A stretch of DNA of 64,000 nt, taken from the NCBI RefSeq assembly GCF_001194135.2, contig NC_068998.1, positions 53,263,186 through 53,327,185 of the forward strand, in the 5' to 3' direction. Position 1 is the first letter of the stretch. Each line of letters opens with the position of its first letter. The notes beneath the pieces are model-generated. The model saw only the letters and a program-made list of their open reading frames with translations. It was not told the DNA's origin and made no database searches. The translations under genes and the position numbers were made by a program. The stretch is from Octopus bimaculoides (Eukaryota). Shown piece by piece: positions 40,752-55,020 of this stretch.

Positions 40752-40878
40752 GTGAGCCAGCAGAATCATTACCGCGCCGGACAAAATGCTTAGCAGTATT
40801 TATTCCGGATCTTTATTTTCTGAGCTCAAAAGCTACCAAGGTAGTCTTTCCATTTCACTCCTTCATAGTCGATAAAAT
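40752..40878 (+). mobile_element. Decayed SINE family A, a second copy in tandem
   Basis: gtgagccagcagaatcatta..gcgccggacaaaatgcttagcagtatt...ctgagctcaaa...gtcgataaaat. Confidence 0.7.
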
Positions 40879-42155
40879 CTGTACGAATTCATCAGTCGGT
40901 TCGATGTAATCCTTGAAAATTGCTGCCATTCACCCAAAACTAGAAAGGATATTAATAAAAAAACCATTGTAATCAGACTTTTACTGCCGCCAGTAAATGT
41001 TATGATAATTTATGCATTCACCTATTTCCTGACTAAACGTAAATAAAGATGTATGACTACAATTATGTACCCGTTTCAGAATCAATTTAGAATTGGTAAA
41101 TAAATAATTATTTATCTCATGCCATGCATGATCCACGCAGTCAACTGTTTGACATTTCTTTATAAGATAAATGCACAGCTAAATCAATGAGATTTGTTAA
41201 TTAAGAGCGAAAGTTTTCCACATTTCTACATAGAATTCACTATGTATTCATCATTGCATTTAACTGCAGATCTTTTAATTTTCAATAACACTGCCGTCTA
41301 TGCACTGTGTTTCCACTTTGTTGACCTTACTCTATATCTACCCATGCTATTCATTTCATGAGAGAAGAATAATTGAGAACGTAATGCAATGTTTATACCT
41401 TGGTATATAAATACGTTTCTTTAGCTATAGCGACTCGTCAATGTGTCTCTTGTGTACTTGTGTATAGCATAAATAATTAGCAAGCAGCCACTTGAAAATG
41501 TGCAAAATATTGTTGCGCTGAACTGACACCACCAGGATGTAATGCATAGAAACAAGAAGAAATAAATACGTGCGAATATATAATGAAATACTTGTTTTCT
41601 CCTCAGCGGATATTTTGACGGATACAAATAATAACGAATATATATGCACCAATGGAGACATGTTGTTTCAGTTTGATTACAACTCTTCTACTGTCTGACT
41701 CTTAACATCTATTGATTAATTTCATGAAGACATAACACGGACGCGTCGATAGACTGTCAACATACCCAAACAGTCGATCGAGACAGTTTATTACGCTTTA
41801 GACTTTGTCAACGTATACTGTAAACATCCACTCTCTAGTTCCAGATCACAAGGTAGGTGATATAATCTCACAAGGTAGGTGATATAATCAGCCTAACAGC
41901 TCACTAAAATTAGCATTATGAGTACTGTGCTAGTTTCTTTAGCGATGGATTTAAATCACTTCTTGATAATTCTCATATATCCAGCATCGAATTGAATCGT
42001 GATATAAAATTCCCAGTAATATTCTTATGAAATATAAAGCTGTCCATAAATTTCACAACAAAATAAACTAATTAAATTGATAATCTGAAAATTTCCCTCT
42101 GTATTCTTGAAATAAATTAAAATTTTCTCTGTAATCGTTAATTGCATAACTAGTT

Positions 42156-42158
<3 letters not shown>

Positions 42159-42240
<82 letters not shown>
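42159..42240. repeat. Perfect (AG)n microsatellite
   Basis: Directly visible in the sequence. Confidence 0.97.
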
Positions 42241-42243
<3 letters not shown>

Positions 42244-42574
42244 CAAGAGTACACTTAATGGGTGTGTTAATCTACTTTCAGTTCATAATTACTGGATATA
42301 AACAGTGTACATAGTTAATGGGTATTGAAGTTGGTAAATATACTTTCGACTACATTGCTTGTATCTATAAAACAGATAGACAATAACTTTTCAATGTAGA
42401 TACATGAAAGGTGCGGCAAATTCCTTACACTAATCTCGTCACCGTATTATCTACTAATGATATAAAAAAGAATTTCTCTGAAATTATGTTCTTATGTTTT
42501 CTTCATTTCTATATTCAATTCAATATCGTTGATTGTTACGATCAATATTAAGGTTGCGTGGTCACGGAAATTTT

Positions 42575-42725
42575 AGCACGACTGACAAAGTGAGAAACAT
42601 TATTTCTGCCTAATTTTTGTCTTATGTTCGAGTTGTTTTATTCGTTTAGGGCTACGTAATGGGGCCAATGTAATCGACTGCCCTCTCCTTTACAATTTCA
42701 GGCTTTCTGCATATATTGGGAAGAA
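42575..42725 (+). mobile_element. Decayed SINE family A, with a recognisable 3' half
   Basis: ggggccaatgtaatcgactgccctctcctttacaatttcaggc aligns with the tail of the 4425 copy. Confidence 0.55.
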
Positions 42726-42802
42726 TTAGTATTATTGTTATTCAGCAATACTGCGGCATACCACAACGCCTTTGCTTATATTGCTTTCAAATTTTGGCAT
42801 AT

Positions 42803-42926
42803 GCTCAGCTGGTACTTATTTTATCGATCTCTAAACGATGAAAGGCGGAGTCGACCACAGCGGAATTTGAACTCGGAACGTAAGGACGGCAGAAACGTCG
42901 CTAAACATTTTCTCCGGCTCAGTGCT
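42803..42926 (-). mobile_element. SINE family A fragment, minus strand
   Basis: The reverse complement contains gagttcaaattccgctgtggtcgact..ttcatcgtttagagatcgataaaataagtacc. Confidence 0.85.
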
Positions 42927-43080
42927 TTAATTTTCTCTTCTCGCATAAAGTTTCCTCATGAATGATTCGTTCCGTATTCCGAATGCAGTGAAACCAAAAT
43001 ATTGTGTATATATAAATATTTCTGAAATAATACCTCTCTTAAAAACATCATAACTGTTTGTGTGTGTGCATGAGTGTGTT

Positions 43081-43117
<37 letters not shown>

Positions 43118-43901
43118 GCAATTTGCACTTACTCAGATGGTGTAAGCTTTATGCATACATGCATTTAGCTTACGGAAACTGATAACGTCAACATTCGTTG
43201 AATTGATTGCATACAAACTCGGAGTAATGAGAGTTTGTTTTTTTTTTGTATACCTGTGACAACTAGTATATACGTGTGGGAATGAACGTGTGGGTGTTAA
43301 GTTTTCTAAAATCCAAGTCGAGAGCGAAAACGCCTTTCAATTCACTTCAATTCATTCCATAACCAATCTTCCTTTAATTGAAATAACAACATAAATTGCA
43401 TTGCTTACTGAGTTTCCATTTAGTATAATACGGCTGCTGCACACAATCTCAAACACACATGCTAACTCACACATGCTCACACAGACTTGCTCACAAACAC
43501 ACACACATGTGAACACATATATACATGTGTACAACTATTATAATATCATAATGTAATTATGAATTCCCACGCTGTTTCCTTAGGTTACATATAAATCGTT
43601 GTAAAAGTGTTGAAATCTTTCTAAATTAGATGCTAATTACAGTTTCCGTTCTAAATGCATGTGATATGATTATTGCTCCTGAGATAATCCAAATTTCTAC
43701 TGCAGATTTATTGTAATTTGCTACTGGGACAACCTAGAGCAACCACCTTGCCTCAATGTCCGTCGTTCGTAAAGAAATGATACAACAGTTACACTCAAAT
43801 GTACATCATTCAACATTTAATATAAACATGGATGTAAAGGAGTTTATACGAGACGAAGTCACATTTCTTGCTTACATCCTGATATTAAGAAACTAAGTAA
43901 T

Positions 43902-44277
43902 ATAGGAACACTCAGAGAGGGCAAAGCTCTACCAAGGCAACACCAACGCCACCTCAATGATTAGCCGGTTATGATTTTTTAACTGAGAATATCTGGAATG
44001 AACTCGACTGCTCTCACAAATGAGAATATCAAAAATGAACCCGACCGCTCTCAAAAATTAAGTAAAAAAAAAGAGAAAAAATAATCCAGAATTCTTATCC
44101 AGTATGGATCGATCCCAAAATCTAATCAATTCATGGAAGCCACGAGGCCAAACATCCCTGAAAGTTTCATCCGAATTCATTCATCGGTCCTTGAGTTATA
44201 TTGTCCACCGTCAAAGAAACAAGCAACAAACACGACTGAACACAATACCTCCGCTTTCGCAAAGGCGAAGGTAATAA
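43902..44277. mobile_element. Non-autonomous DNA element, probably Helentron/HINE (DINE-1-like) type
   Basis: It has a terminal palindrome acctccgctttcgcaaaggcgaaggt (44247-44272) followed by aataa, a related motif near the other end (aagctctaccaaggc), an internal ggatcgatcc and a gtttgtt-type tract on the minus strand. There is no ORF. The classification comes from recalled HINE architecture. Confidence 0.55.
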
Positions 44278-44465
44278 AATATGTTTGTTGGCTGTAAAAT
44301 ACCCAATACTGCTCAAGTATTACGAGATAACACTTATGATGTTTTAAGAGAGATATTATTTCAGAAATATTTATATATACATAATATTTTGGTTTCGCTG
44401 AACCGGGAATACGAAACGAATCACTCCTGAGGAAACTTTATGTGAGAAGAGAAGATTAAAGCAAT

Positions 44466-44596
44466 GAGCTAGCAGAATCGTTAGCATGCCGGAGAAAATG
44501 TTTAGCGCTATTTCTGCGGTCCATACGTTCCGAGTTCAAATTTCGTTGTGGTCGACTTCGCCATTCATCGTTTAGAGATCGATAAAGTAAGTACCA
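44466..44596 (+). mobile_element. SINE family A head and core
   Basis: gagctagcagaatcgttagc...gagttcaaatt...gtcgact...gatcgataaagtaagtacca. Confidence 0.87.
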
Positions 44597-44984
44597 CGTC
44601 TCTGTAGAGCAAGTTTCTTAACCATAACGCTATGAATGCGCATAAAATTATAATAGGAATAATTAACGTAGTGTCAGCATATTTCACATTATGTATCTAA
44701 AATAATTCAGTTACTGTATTAACAGCGTTAGTTTGACGTGCAAGCCACAAGTTATTCTGCTGCAAGAACACAATATGGTATATTGTTCCTTTGCCACATG
44801 ACGTTACACGCGTATTGTATGTAGCGTCTATTGTTTCGTTTCAAAAATTTCCTCGCAATTTTATTCAAGTATTTCAACTCACTACATTACATGAGTCTCT
44901 GCAGAACATACGTAACACAGACGAACGCTAATGCTGACACATAAATATACTTAAATATCTATCTATCTTTATCTCTATATATAT

Positions 44985-45039
<55 letters not shown>

Positions 45040-45854
45040 TGTGTTCATACATGCGGATATATACTTGGAGAGGAAGGAATGCGTATAACAAAAATATTTA
45101 TGTTGCAGCAGCTGTCGCTTATTTTACTACTACTACTACAGTTTGGAATAATAATAATAATCACAACAAAAATGAAAATAATATTATCGTTTCAATAGTT
45201 TTACTAAGCAGTATATATATATATATATATATATATACATACATACATACCATATTTTGATACATCAGACATACCCAATCACACTCGTACTCGTACACAT
45301 ATATTTGCATTTGTTGATCTTTTTAATTAAATGTATATTCTTAGAAGCAGTGTCTTTTAGCTATGCGGAACACGCTAGGAATTTTCCGGGTAGATACTCG
45401 TGTATACTTACTTTGAAATATATTAGTGGATGAAAACACATGGAACAATACATGTGCAAAACTATAGAAATAAAACAACATAAAATTGCAAATTGTAACA
45501 TATAGAATATTCAGGAATATAAATATACAATAACATAAAATTTCAGTAGGTAGCATCTCAGTCGTTGAGAGAATTGTAAAGATAAAGATGTTTAACAATA
45601 CTTTAAGATAACGAAATATATGAATGCTTACAGATTTATCAATTAGTTTGCGTGTGCCAAACAGATCGAAGCAGAATTCTGACATAAGCCATGCTTTATC
45701 AACGCATGCTTATGCAAACATACGTGCAAGAGACATGCAAGTAATTAGTGTGTGGAAATTGAAGATACAGACTGTGTGTGGTTTCTGTTGTATGCACCTG
45801 TTGATAATATTTGGCGGCGGGAGTAGAGAAATATTACTAAGGGAGACAACCATT

Positions 45855-46275
45855 CCAGGGAGTCATAGCAGTTGACTCCTCACGAGCGTCATCCGTCATA
45901 AAACATCTGCCATTACATTTTCTGGATTCTGAAATGTAGCCGGCTGCAACAATGAATATTAACTAACCACATCTCATTCTTGGTCTACACCTTTTCTCTT
46001 GTCGGTTGGCTCCACATAACATCGTTCTCTCCTCTACTTATTTCATCCGTCCATAATACTGGATCTGTCAACGTTCATTGCAGAGAAGGAGCGATTTGAG
46101 CTGGGGGTACTCTTTGATCTCGAGGTTACGAATCCTGTATAGTATCCTTAATCCTGAGATCCATCGGAGGAAATACATTTTGTCCGCTTGTATTTTCACA
46201 CTTACCCTTTCGGTTATTACATTACATTCACGTCCAAATATGAGGACAGGCACAAGAATCAAATTTAATACAGCA
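45855..46275 (-). mobile_element. RTE-clade LINE 3' fragment
   Basis: ILVPVLIFGRECNVITERVSVKIQADKMYFLRWISGLRILYRIRNLEIKEYPQLKSLLLCNER...PTDKRKRCRPRMR resembles RTE PILTYG.E.W..TER....IQA.EM.FLR...G....DR.R...IRE...V..LLL.IER...GRPR.RW. Confidence 0.85.
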
Positions 46276-47051
46276 AGCTTGTTATTTTAAACATACTGAA
46301 TGAAATATTTCTCCGGACAGATTTTTTAACGAAATATTCTTCTGTTATTGTAGAATGCGTCGGAAATATGTTAGAATTCGTATGCTTAATAATATAATTC
46401 GTATAATATATGTCACGAATATGATAATAATTTTGCTATAATTCTGCCAACATTGAACTTCAAATCACAAATTGAGTCATGTTACTGTCACACGGATATG
46501 AATCTATTCGTATAGTAAATAATCCGAGCGTCAGTATTGTCATTGACGTTAATGAATAAATTAAATCTTCAAAAACAATATTCCAGTGATAACACTTGAG
46601 AGGTTATGCATCTAAAAGCAAGAAACATTGATAACCTTTTAGTGGAAACGTCTCTACCATAAATTATTCACTAACTACAACTCGCATTATTTATCCTTTA
46701 CTACAGTTGCACCACCCAGCCGAAGCGATTATGTCAACGAAGTCGACAATTATTTGACTGGTTAACATTAACACTTTTACTTCCATAAATATTGAGTGTA
46801 TTTCTAAGAGATTTCATCAGACTTTTGTTCCCCGTCCGCTGACCTGTTTTAACATTGTCGAATATAACAATGAATTATACATCTCCTCTTCAACATTTAA
46901 AGTGCAAATTAGTCTCGAGAATATGGACTATTTTATTCCTAAGTTCCCTAGCATTAACACATATGTGTGTGTATGTCTGTATGTTATGTGTACATAGTAT
47001 ATATTAATATATAATCATATATGTGTTTGAATTTGCGTGCGTGTGTATGTA

Positions 47052-47103
<52 letters not shown>

Positions 47104-49801
47104 NNNNNNNNNNNNNNNNNNNNNNNNNNNNNNNNNNNNNNNNNNNNNNNNNNNNNNNNNNNNNNNNNNNNNNNNNNNNNNNNNNNNNNNNNNNNNNNNN
47201 NNNNNNNNNNNNNNNNNNNNNNNNNNNNNNNNNNNNNNNNNNNNNNNNTATAACCGCAGAAGAAGTCCAGGGAATTCTTGATACTTCGGAAGTTGTCTTA
47301 CAAACGCTCCAAGATAGAATCAAGATTTAATATTATTTCTTATCGCCTATAATCGTTTCGGACTCTGAGGATGTGTTTACAAAGCTACCTATAATGAGGC
47401 TTGATTATCAAGACATCCCATCTTTTTCGGGGAAATATATTTGAAGGCATCACTGTTTAAAGAGTTGAAAATTCTCCAAAACTAATTGTATTTAGTAATA
47501 AAATGTGCAGAAATTACTGCTAATATATTTCAGAACAATTTGCATATTAGCAACAGCTATAGCAATTCATTTTTTTTTTTTTTTTTTTTTTTGTCGGATT
47601 AAATTGTCTCGAATAAATTCCTGTAAAAAGATTGCGCATGTATAAGGTGTAACACTGCAACACACAATTTGGAGATTCTGCCACACTATTCATGCTGAAA
47701 CAGATGTCGATTATTTAGAATGCTAATGACATTGAAGTAAGAGTGAATATTACAAATAGATCAATTACAAATTGATCAATATCATTGATCTACACGTACT
47801 GTGATAATGTAGAAGGCATTTACCTTTATAAAAGAGACTTTTGTTCTTAAAAGTGTTAAATTAAATATATTTTTCGAGGATGTTGCATTTATAAGCGAAT
47901 TAATTTTAATTATTTTCAAAATAAATGTTGACAGACATAACAAGATTAATGGGGTTTCGAAACAGGCAATCTGACCCAAAAAAAAAAACGAAATACGAAA
48001 AAAGTTATAGGGTAGTCATTTATATTTATTTCACTGAACAATATTTATGGGCCACAACAAATTTAAAATTCAAAATGCTATTTCCTAATGAATACTTAAT
48101 ATTATTTTTGACATAGATAAATTAAAAATTATAACTCAATAAAAAGGTAATTAATATATCTTAAATTGCTTTTATCATAGTTTAAGAGATTCCAGTATAG
48201 CATGTAACATTCGGTCATGTGACATTAATATAATAAAATGGTGCATGAACAAAATATGTATCAATATATAAATCTATTGCTTCAACAAGAGAAAAGATTT
48301 CCAGACACTACAAATATATTGGTTTATTTTTACGGATCAAAAGCTACAATCTGACACCCATCATATTTAATATAGAATTTCTTACCTAATTATTAGTCAA
48401 TGTGCAAGAGTCTGCCTATAGGCAAGAGTTCAAACTTGTTTATGAAAGACATTTCAATGTTAAGACTGAGATATGTCAGTATGTTCTCACTAATTTCCAT
48501 GACAACATGTTTTAGATTAAGTAGGTCCGATTTCCACTGCCACTGAATAAAAACAGCTTTGCTTTAATTCTGAGTCTACTTTTGGTATACTGGGCTGATG
48601 GCATATAAATTAACTATCGTTTGAGGGTCTGCAAGACTTTCGATATTAAAGCTTTAGATGTTCATCGATTTTTGGAAGGAAAATCAAAATGAGAAATTTA
48701 TAGCGGATCATATTCTGGAAGGAAAAATTGATGTACATATTTAATCCTTGAAATCGTTGATCTCAAGTAGGGAACCGCATCAATTATCTTATTTTACTAG
48801 CCTTACATATTGTAGAAAACTCCGCCAAGGTACTCCTTATATAATATCTACGAAGATATTCTCACTTCTCGGATATCAGTGCGGTTTATATTTAAATTGC
48901 ACGAACAATAAGCAGTATCTTGAGTTCTAAGTGTATTCCTTATATCCATGAAGTAACTACGAGAAAGACACGTGTTAATGTCCGATTTTCATTGCTTGGA
49001 CTGTATAGGGCCAGACGCTTCATGTAGAAATAGAAAGCAAAGAAATACACCGGGAGTTAGTTCAAATAATATAAGTTATATCGCGTAATATGTGTGAATG
49101 AATTATGCCAGCATTTGCCTTTATTAGCTTAATTGGACATTTTCTGGTCCTTCTATTTTGAGTACATACCTAATATTATGCACAAATATTCTTATTATAT
49201 TCTTCTGCGTTAATAATCAACAAATTATAATTTGTAAACTTATTCCCCGCTTGCATTTTCACACTGGTATATCTTTTCATTTCTTAAAACCGATAAATTA
49301 CATATTCTGTTCAGTATAAATGAAGAATCATATATATATTTTTTTTAATTTAAAGAAAAGCCTACGAGATGGAAAGCAATTAAATACAGTATAGGACCTT
49401 CACAAAATGAATTTATCTACAAGCCTCTGGAAACGACGAAACTGAAGAATAAAACAATGCGAGGTTAAGTGAATTGTTTATTGTAGTTACGTAATTACAC
49501 TTGAGAAAAATATGTGAAACTAATCAGGATAGCGCTCGAAAGATCTCAGCGGAATAATGTGTGAGTGAGTACATATAGAGATATTGTCAACGGTTTAAAA
49601 TTAGTTTTGCAATGAGCAAATGAGATATTACGTTCAATAATTATTGTAATCCAAATCTTCTCACAGAAAATATACGACAATTCGAAAATTGTGATAGATT
49701 AGAATTAGAATTACACAATCATTGAGAAGAAAGTAAATATCAGTTTCAGATCATAATAAGGACGCAAGACGCTCTTTTCCATTTTTCGTTTTGATTATGA
49801 T

Positions 49802-49844
<43 letters not shown>

Positions 49845-50537
49845 GTATACGCACATACATAAACAAACAGTCATACACGCACACATATACACTAGCACAT
49901 CCAAACTAACTTCGATTTGTAGTTTATAATCCCTAGGACAGCTGTAAACGTTCCGGGAAATAACCTTGTGTATACAACGAATGCGAAAACCGCAGAATAT
50001 ATTGGTTGACGATATTTCGCCATCACCAGCAGATGACTTTGTCGTAACACATGGTTCCACCGTATAACATATCTTCAGCAACAGACAACGAAACACCGAC
50101 TGCCAGACCGAAAATCAGGTAAACCGATATAATTGAGCAACAAGAGATATCACACAAACCTTGTGGGTAGTGTATATCTGTGCCTCTTACCATTTGTCGA
50201 AAGGACAAGGTGATTTTTGCTGGATGTTTACTGTAGTCCTAGGCGTTATAACAAACCATCCAAGTTAGTTTGCATCTGTTAATTAACACTTGTTAGAAAG
50301 GTTTCTTCTGTTCCTAATAGCTCTGTCAGTAATTATTCCTCTTCTCTTTGCCACAATATCAAAGCTCTTACAAATTTGTTGGCAGCTGTTCTCCCTCATT
50401 TAATTAAAAACCAACATATACACTCAATACGTAGGAGATGATATGTATACATGATTTTCGATGTTTGTAAAGATTCTCAAGAAACACTAATTTGACATCA
50501 AGCAAATGACTCGCTACAAAGGGACAGATCTTCTGAG

Positions 50538-51379
50538 TATGAACAAAAATATATAATCACTTTCTTAAAATGCTAATCAAACCTATTAAAAATAAAATGA
50601 AGCCAAAGCTAGTTGAATTGTCAAATCAGCAATATTCATTGAAATATCACAGTTCACACAAACCACGAACCAAAATGCCGCAAGTCAGCAGTTTAATGTA
50701 AACAAACTTTGATTAGTAATAAACTTGAAGATTTAACAGGCCCTAAAGCAGAACGATGGTAACGCAGGTTGTTGGCGGTCAGTCGGCGTCGTACCGTGTC
50801 GTTTCGGATGGGTCGCTGTCCAGTGCCAATGATATGGCGAACTGTCACGCTGGCTGGTCTGTAGCGCTCATGGAAGTGTTGCAGGGAGATGAAGCGGTCC
50901 TGTCTGGACGTGGTCACCCGGAGTCGCCCTCTGCGGGCATGGTCTGCAGTGCTGTTGCTTTTGTTGTATTACTGTTTCAGGTGATAGGCTGTACTGACAT
51001 GGACATTGTAAACTTTCACAATAACCAGGGTACGCTGCCCTGCTTGGAATCGACCGATAGCTTGTTCTCTCTGCGCTGCTGACAATTGGGTCATACCCGA
51101 TGCGGCCAAAATACGAATACCTCTAACGCAGTCCAAGTTGATTTTATACCCATAACCTGCACGAGATGCAATTGTTTGCGACTGCCACCCACGGCATTCA
51201 ACGCAGCTGCGATTCGGCATCTCAGTTCAGGGCAAGTTGAAAGATTATCTGCAATTTGGATCTCAACAGTAAGCCAGCAGGTCTTGGACAATTGACTCAT
51301 ACATCTTCGAAATTCAGAATTTACGATATAAAAATTATATTTTTTTTTTAATCGCGTTTTCTTATTGCGGTTCAGTGTA
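50538..51379 (-). mobile_element. Tc1-family element, internally deleted, retaining the transposase N-terminus and probably both ends
   Basis: MTQLSAAQREQAIGRFQAGQ..VIVKVYNVHVSTAYHL...RRGRLRVTTSRQDRFISLQH..ERYRPAS...DTVRRRL..NNLR matches the Tc1 paired-like HTH region. The 5' end is TA|cactgaaccgcaataagaaaacgc at 51379-51354. A weaker possible opposite end, ta-tgaacaaaaatat, lies near 50538. The DDE domain is absent. Confidence 0.88.
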
Positions 51380-52596
51380 TAACATAACTGGGAAAAAACA
51401 TTGTCAAACAGCAAAATGATAAAACCAGTTTTTGTGTCAGTCTGCTGGAATAGTTTTGAATGTTGTAATTAGGTCAATAGTATAATCAATACATGTTTAA
51501 GGGTGGTGTGTTGTATATATACATATAATAAGGAAGAGGTTGTGTTCTGGATATGTTATAATGTATCTATATTAGCATCCTTTTGCTAGTTTGCAGTATG
51601 TGAAAGTTTGTTTCGTGTGTGGCAATTATTAACAAAGAATTCTTGCCTTGGGCTTTATACTATCTCTTGATATGTACTGATAACAGTTTGTCTCTTTTCG
51701 AAAATATTTATCATTTGTCTTAAATTATTTACCCTCAAGCACTGAAAGTAAATTCATGGGAAATATGTTAACGTATGTGTATATGAATGTATTTGCGATT
51801 TCGATTGTGTATTTAGAACTTAGTGTGTACGTGTGTCTATGCGCGCATTGGGTACATATGAATGTATGATACTTTTTTCCCTGCAAAGAATGATGTACAA
51901 CTTATCAAGTAGGCTTCTTGTGTTCACTAATGATGATGATAATAATAATAATGATAATAATAATAATAAAATAGTTGCGAACAACATGTTTGCCATGTTG
52001 CAGTTGGTGTTTGAGATTAATATTTTTTGTTTGAACTAATATTAGTCCAATATTATTGTTAGAAATATATTCAATAGAATTGTAGATGCTATCTTACTTG
52101 ATGCTGTAAACTGAAATAAAGTTACTAATTAGTCTTGCTAACGAAAGTTACTGAATAATTATTTCTGTTCAAAACAAAATAAAAGAACAGAAAATGGCAC
52201 ATTTATAGTAAGAGAAAATTAGAAATAACAAAATAAAATATTGGAGTAACTCTGATGTGTAGCAGAAAGATGAAGACGCCAGGTATATTTAATATTTTCG
52301 GACTTTGGCAATTAGATATAACCCTACAGTTACAGCAAATGTTAGATCCCTAATAAATTATATCTAGGAATGTAATGTGTGAACCTAAAATGCCGTAATA
52401 ACTTAATATGGCATCTGTGGAAGTAACGCGCATGGGCACCTAGAGCTTAAAAACTATTAACGGGGTGGGCGTTAGCATGCTGTAGTGAAGTATATATTGT
52501 TGCTATTTACACTGAAACGTTAAAGCAGTTAAAGAAAAACAATTAGTGATGTTAACATATTAGATTGCCAGTAGTCAAGTAACGAGTCTTTTTGAA

Positions 52597-52890
52597 GGTG
52601 TGTGGCATAGTTGTTAGGACATTCGACTCACGATTGTAAGGTCGTGAGTTCAATTCCCGGTGATCCTTGAGCAAGACGCTTTATTTCACGTTCCTCCAGT
52701 CCACTCAGCTGCAGAAAATGAGTTGTTCCGTATTTAAAAGGGCCAGCCTTGTCACGCTGAATCGCCATGAGAACTACGTTAAGGCTATACGCGTCTGTGG
52801 AGTGCTCAGCCACGTGTACATTAATTTAACGGGCAAGCTGTTATGTTGATCGTATCAGCTGGGACCCCGTCGTCGTAACTGGTGGAGTGA
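52597..52890 (+). mobile_element. tRNA-derived SINE, family B, near full length
   Basis: It has an A-box-like gtggcatagttg, a B-box gtgagttcaattccc, the central ccttgagcaagacgctttatttcacgtt..ccagtccactcagctg and the tail cgtcgtaactggtggagtg. Confidence 0.88.
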
Positions 52891-52928
52891 TCCTTTTAAG
52901 TAGTCTTTGCTGACGCGACTGAAGTGAA

Positions 52929-53028
<100 letters not shown>

Positions 53029-54149
53029 TACTATTCGGTGTTATGAGTTATTGATTCGTATTTGAGTAGCCCAGATCAACACCGTTCAGGTACTATACAA
53101 TTCACTGTAATAAAAAAAATCGACAACTTTGATTTCTCTGAGTGTGTGTTAATGCTGGATATGTTGTAAATCACTTAATCCTTATTAACGACAGTAAATG
53201 TATTATTTTCTATATTAGGAATGGTTTATTCGTGAGCCCTGTGAGGAATTTCAATTGGACGAGTCACTAATTGAAGTAACTGCGTAATAACGTCACACGT
53301 TGATTCCACAAGTTTCACCTATGGGATCCATGTTGATTGAATATGGTTTGAGGAATGGTTGTAGTATAAATGGTCGAATGATTGATGACAGCTATGATTG
53401 TGGTGAGAAATTGTGAGAAGATTTGACAGGTAAATGGATGGCAGTGAAATAGTCAATTGGACTGGTGGAACAATCCAATGAGTTGCAGAGAATAGTGGCA
53501 GGATATTTCACTTCAATGAATTTGTCACTTAGATAAATATTGGAGAATTGAAAGACGATATGACTGCTATTATGAATTTGACCAAACTTCCTGGATGTCA
53601 TTCAGTAATTCACTCCTCATTTTGATTAGATTTTATATGATTATTTTCACCTTCAAAAATCATTCAATTATTCAAAAAATATGGAGGTCTTCATTTAAAT
53701 GTATTGCGAGAACACTATTAATGTTTTCGCATCGTATGGCTGAGAGATTTAGGAATTATTAATCATTTCAACAGGTCGATGGCTTGTTCTGAAATTGTTT
53801 TTAGTTGTGTCGTCTAATGTATGTGGATATTAAAATTAAGAATTTCTATTCATATACTTCACCTGCAATGTTATCCATGAATATATCCCACATTATTTAT
53901 TTCTTCACAATATTTAACAATACATTTTCTTTTGTAAATATGGAAATTCTAGCGACCAGAAATATTAAACGCAATGTTTCCATTTGTGACAAGAATTTCT
54001 ATACTTGTCCAGTTTCTGCTCAATAACATGAGATTTCTTCAGAATCATTACTGTTTAATTTCTTAAAAACCATTTCTTTTTTTAGTTTTAGAATCAATCA
54101 ACATTCACGTTTCTATCTGTCACTGACAGAATAACGTAGAATTGTTGAT

Positions 54150-54340
54150 TGTACATCACACTGACCTGCATTCAAATAACATGGTGCATTTCTTCCACGA
54201 TGTTATTTGAATTATGTTCTTTCCCTTCATTAAACTTATCAAAGTATGCAAATGATATTGCACGAATGGCTTCCAATGACTCTTCTACTTGTAACCACCT
54301 CTGTCTACTGAGGAAAGCCGGCCTGAATTGAATATTACTT
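54150..54340 (-). mobile_element. Possible decayed RTE-like reverse transcriptase fragment
   Basis: QAGF in one frame and LEAIRA...IVEEMHHV in another are weakly similar to Q.GFR...RRILEGVRA...DF.KAFD. Confidence 0.28.
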
Positions 54341-55020
54341 CTGATAAACTGCAATAACATTAGAACTCTTTTTTGTTCTTTAGTTTGCTTGCTAACAAAA
54401 GTTTGTCTGGTGCTGTAATGATAAACATTCAATTTTCTGCGAAATTATTTATGCCTAGAATTGGCTCCCCTTTTCTTTGAAAGTTGCTATATCTGAGCAA
54501 AATCTGTTTATTTCGAAAATTTTCCGTAAGACATTGCAAATGACTGCATCATCTTCACACTCATCACTATCATAAAGTTCTATGATACACGCCACCAACA
54601 TCTTTATCATCATCGGTAGAAGCATGTTGATGTTAATGATGATGATGATGACTACGACGACGGCGACGAGGAAAATAATAATGAAATTATGAAAAGATTA
54701 CTTCTGTCTTGACACTGATGATGATGATAATCATTATTATTATCATTACCATTATTCAATGTTATTCTAATCGTTATCAACTTTATATTACGCAGCAATT
54801 ATACTCTTGTAAATGCCATGTATTATTTACAATCATTTGAATTGTATGTATTGTCATGATTTAATTAACAAACCTTTTACCATGTTAACGCAAGACTTAG
54901 CAAGATGGTTGTATTCTAAATATATTCTGTCTGCCATATCTTCCACTTTTGCACAGCATGCTCTGGAATGAATTCTATTCCTTTGAAGAAGAGATACTAT
55001 CGAAATCATTTTATCATTAA

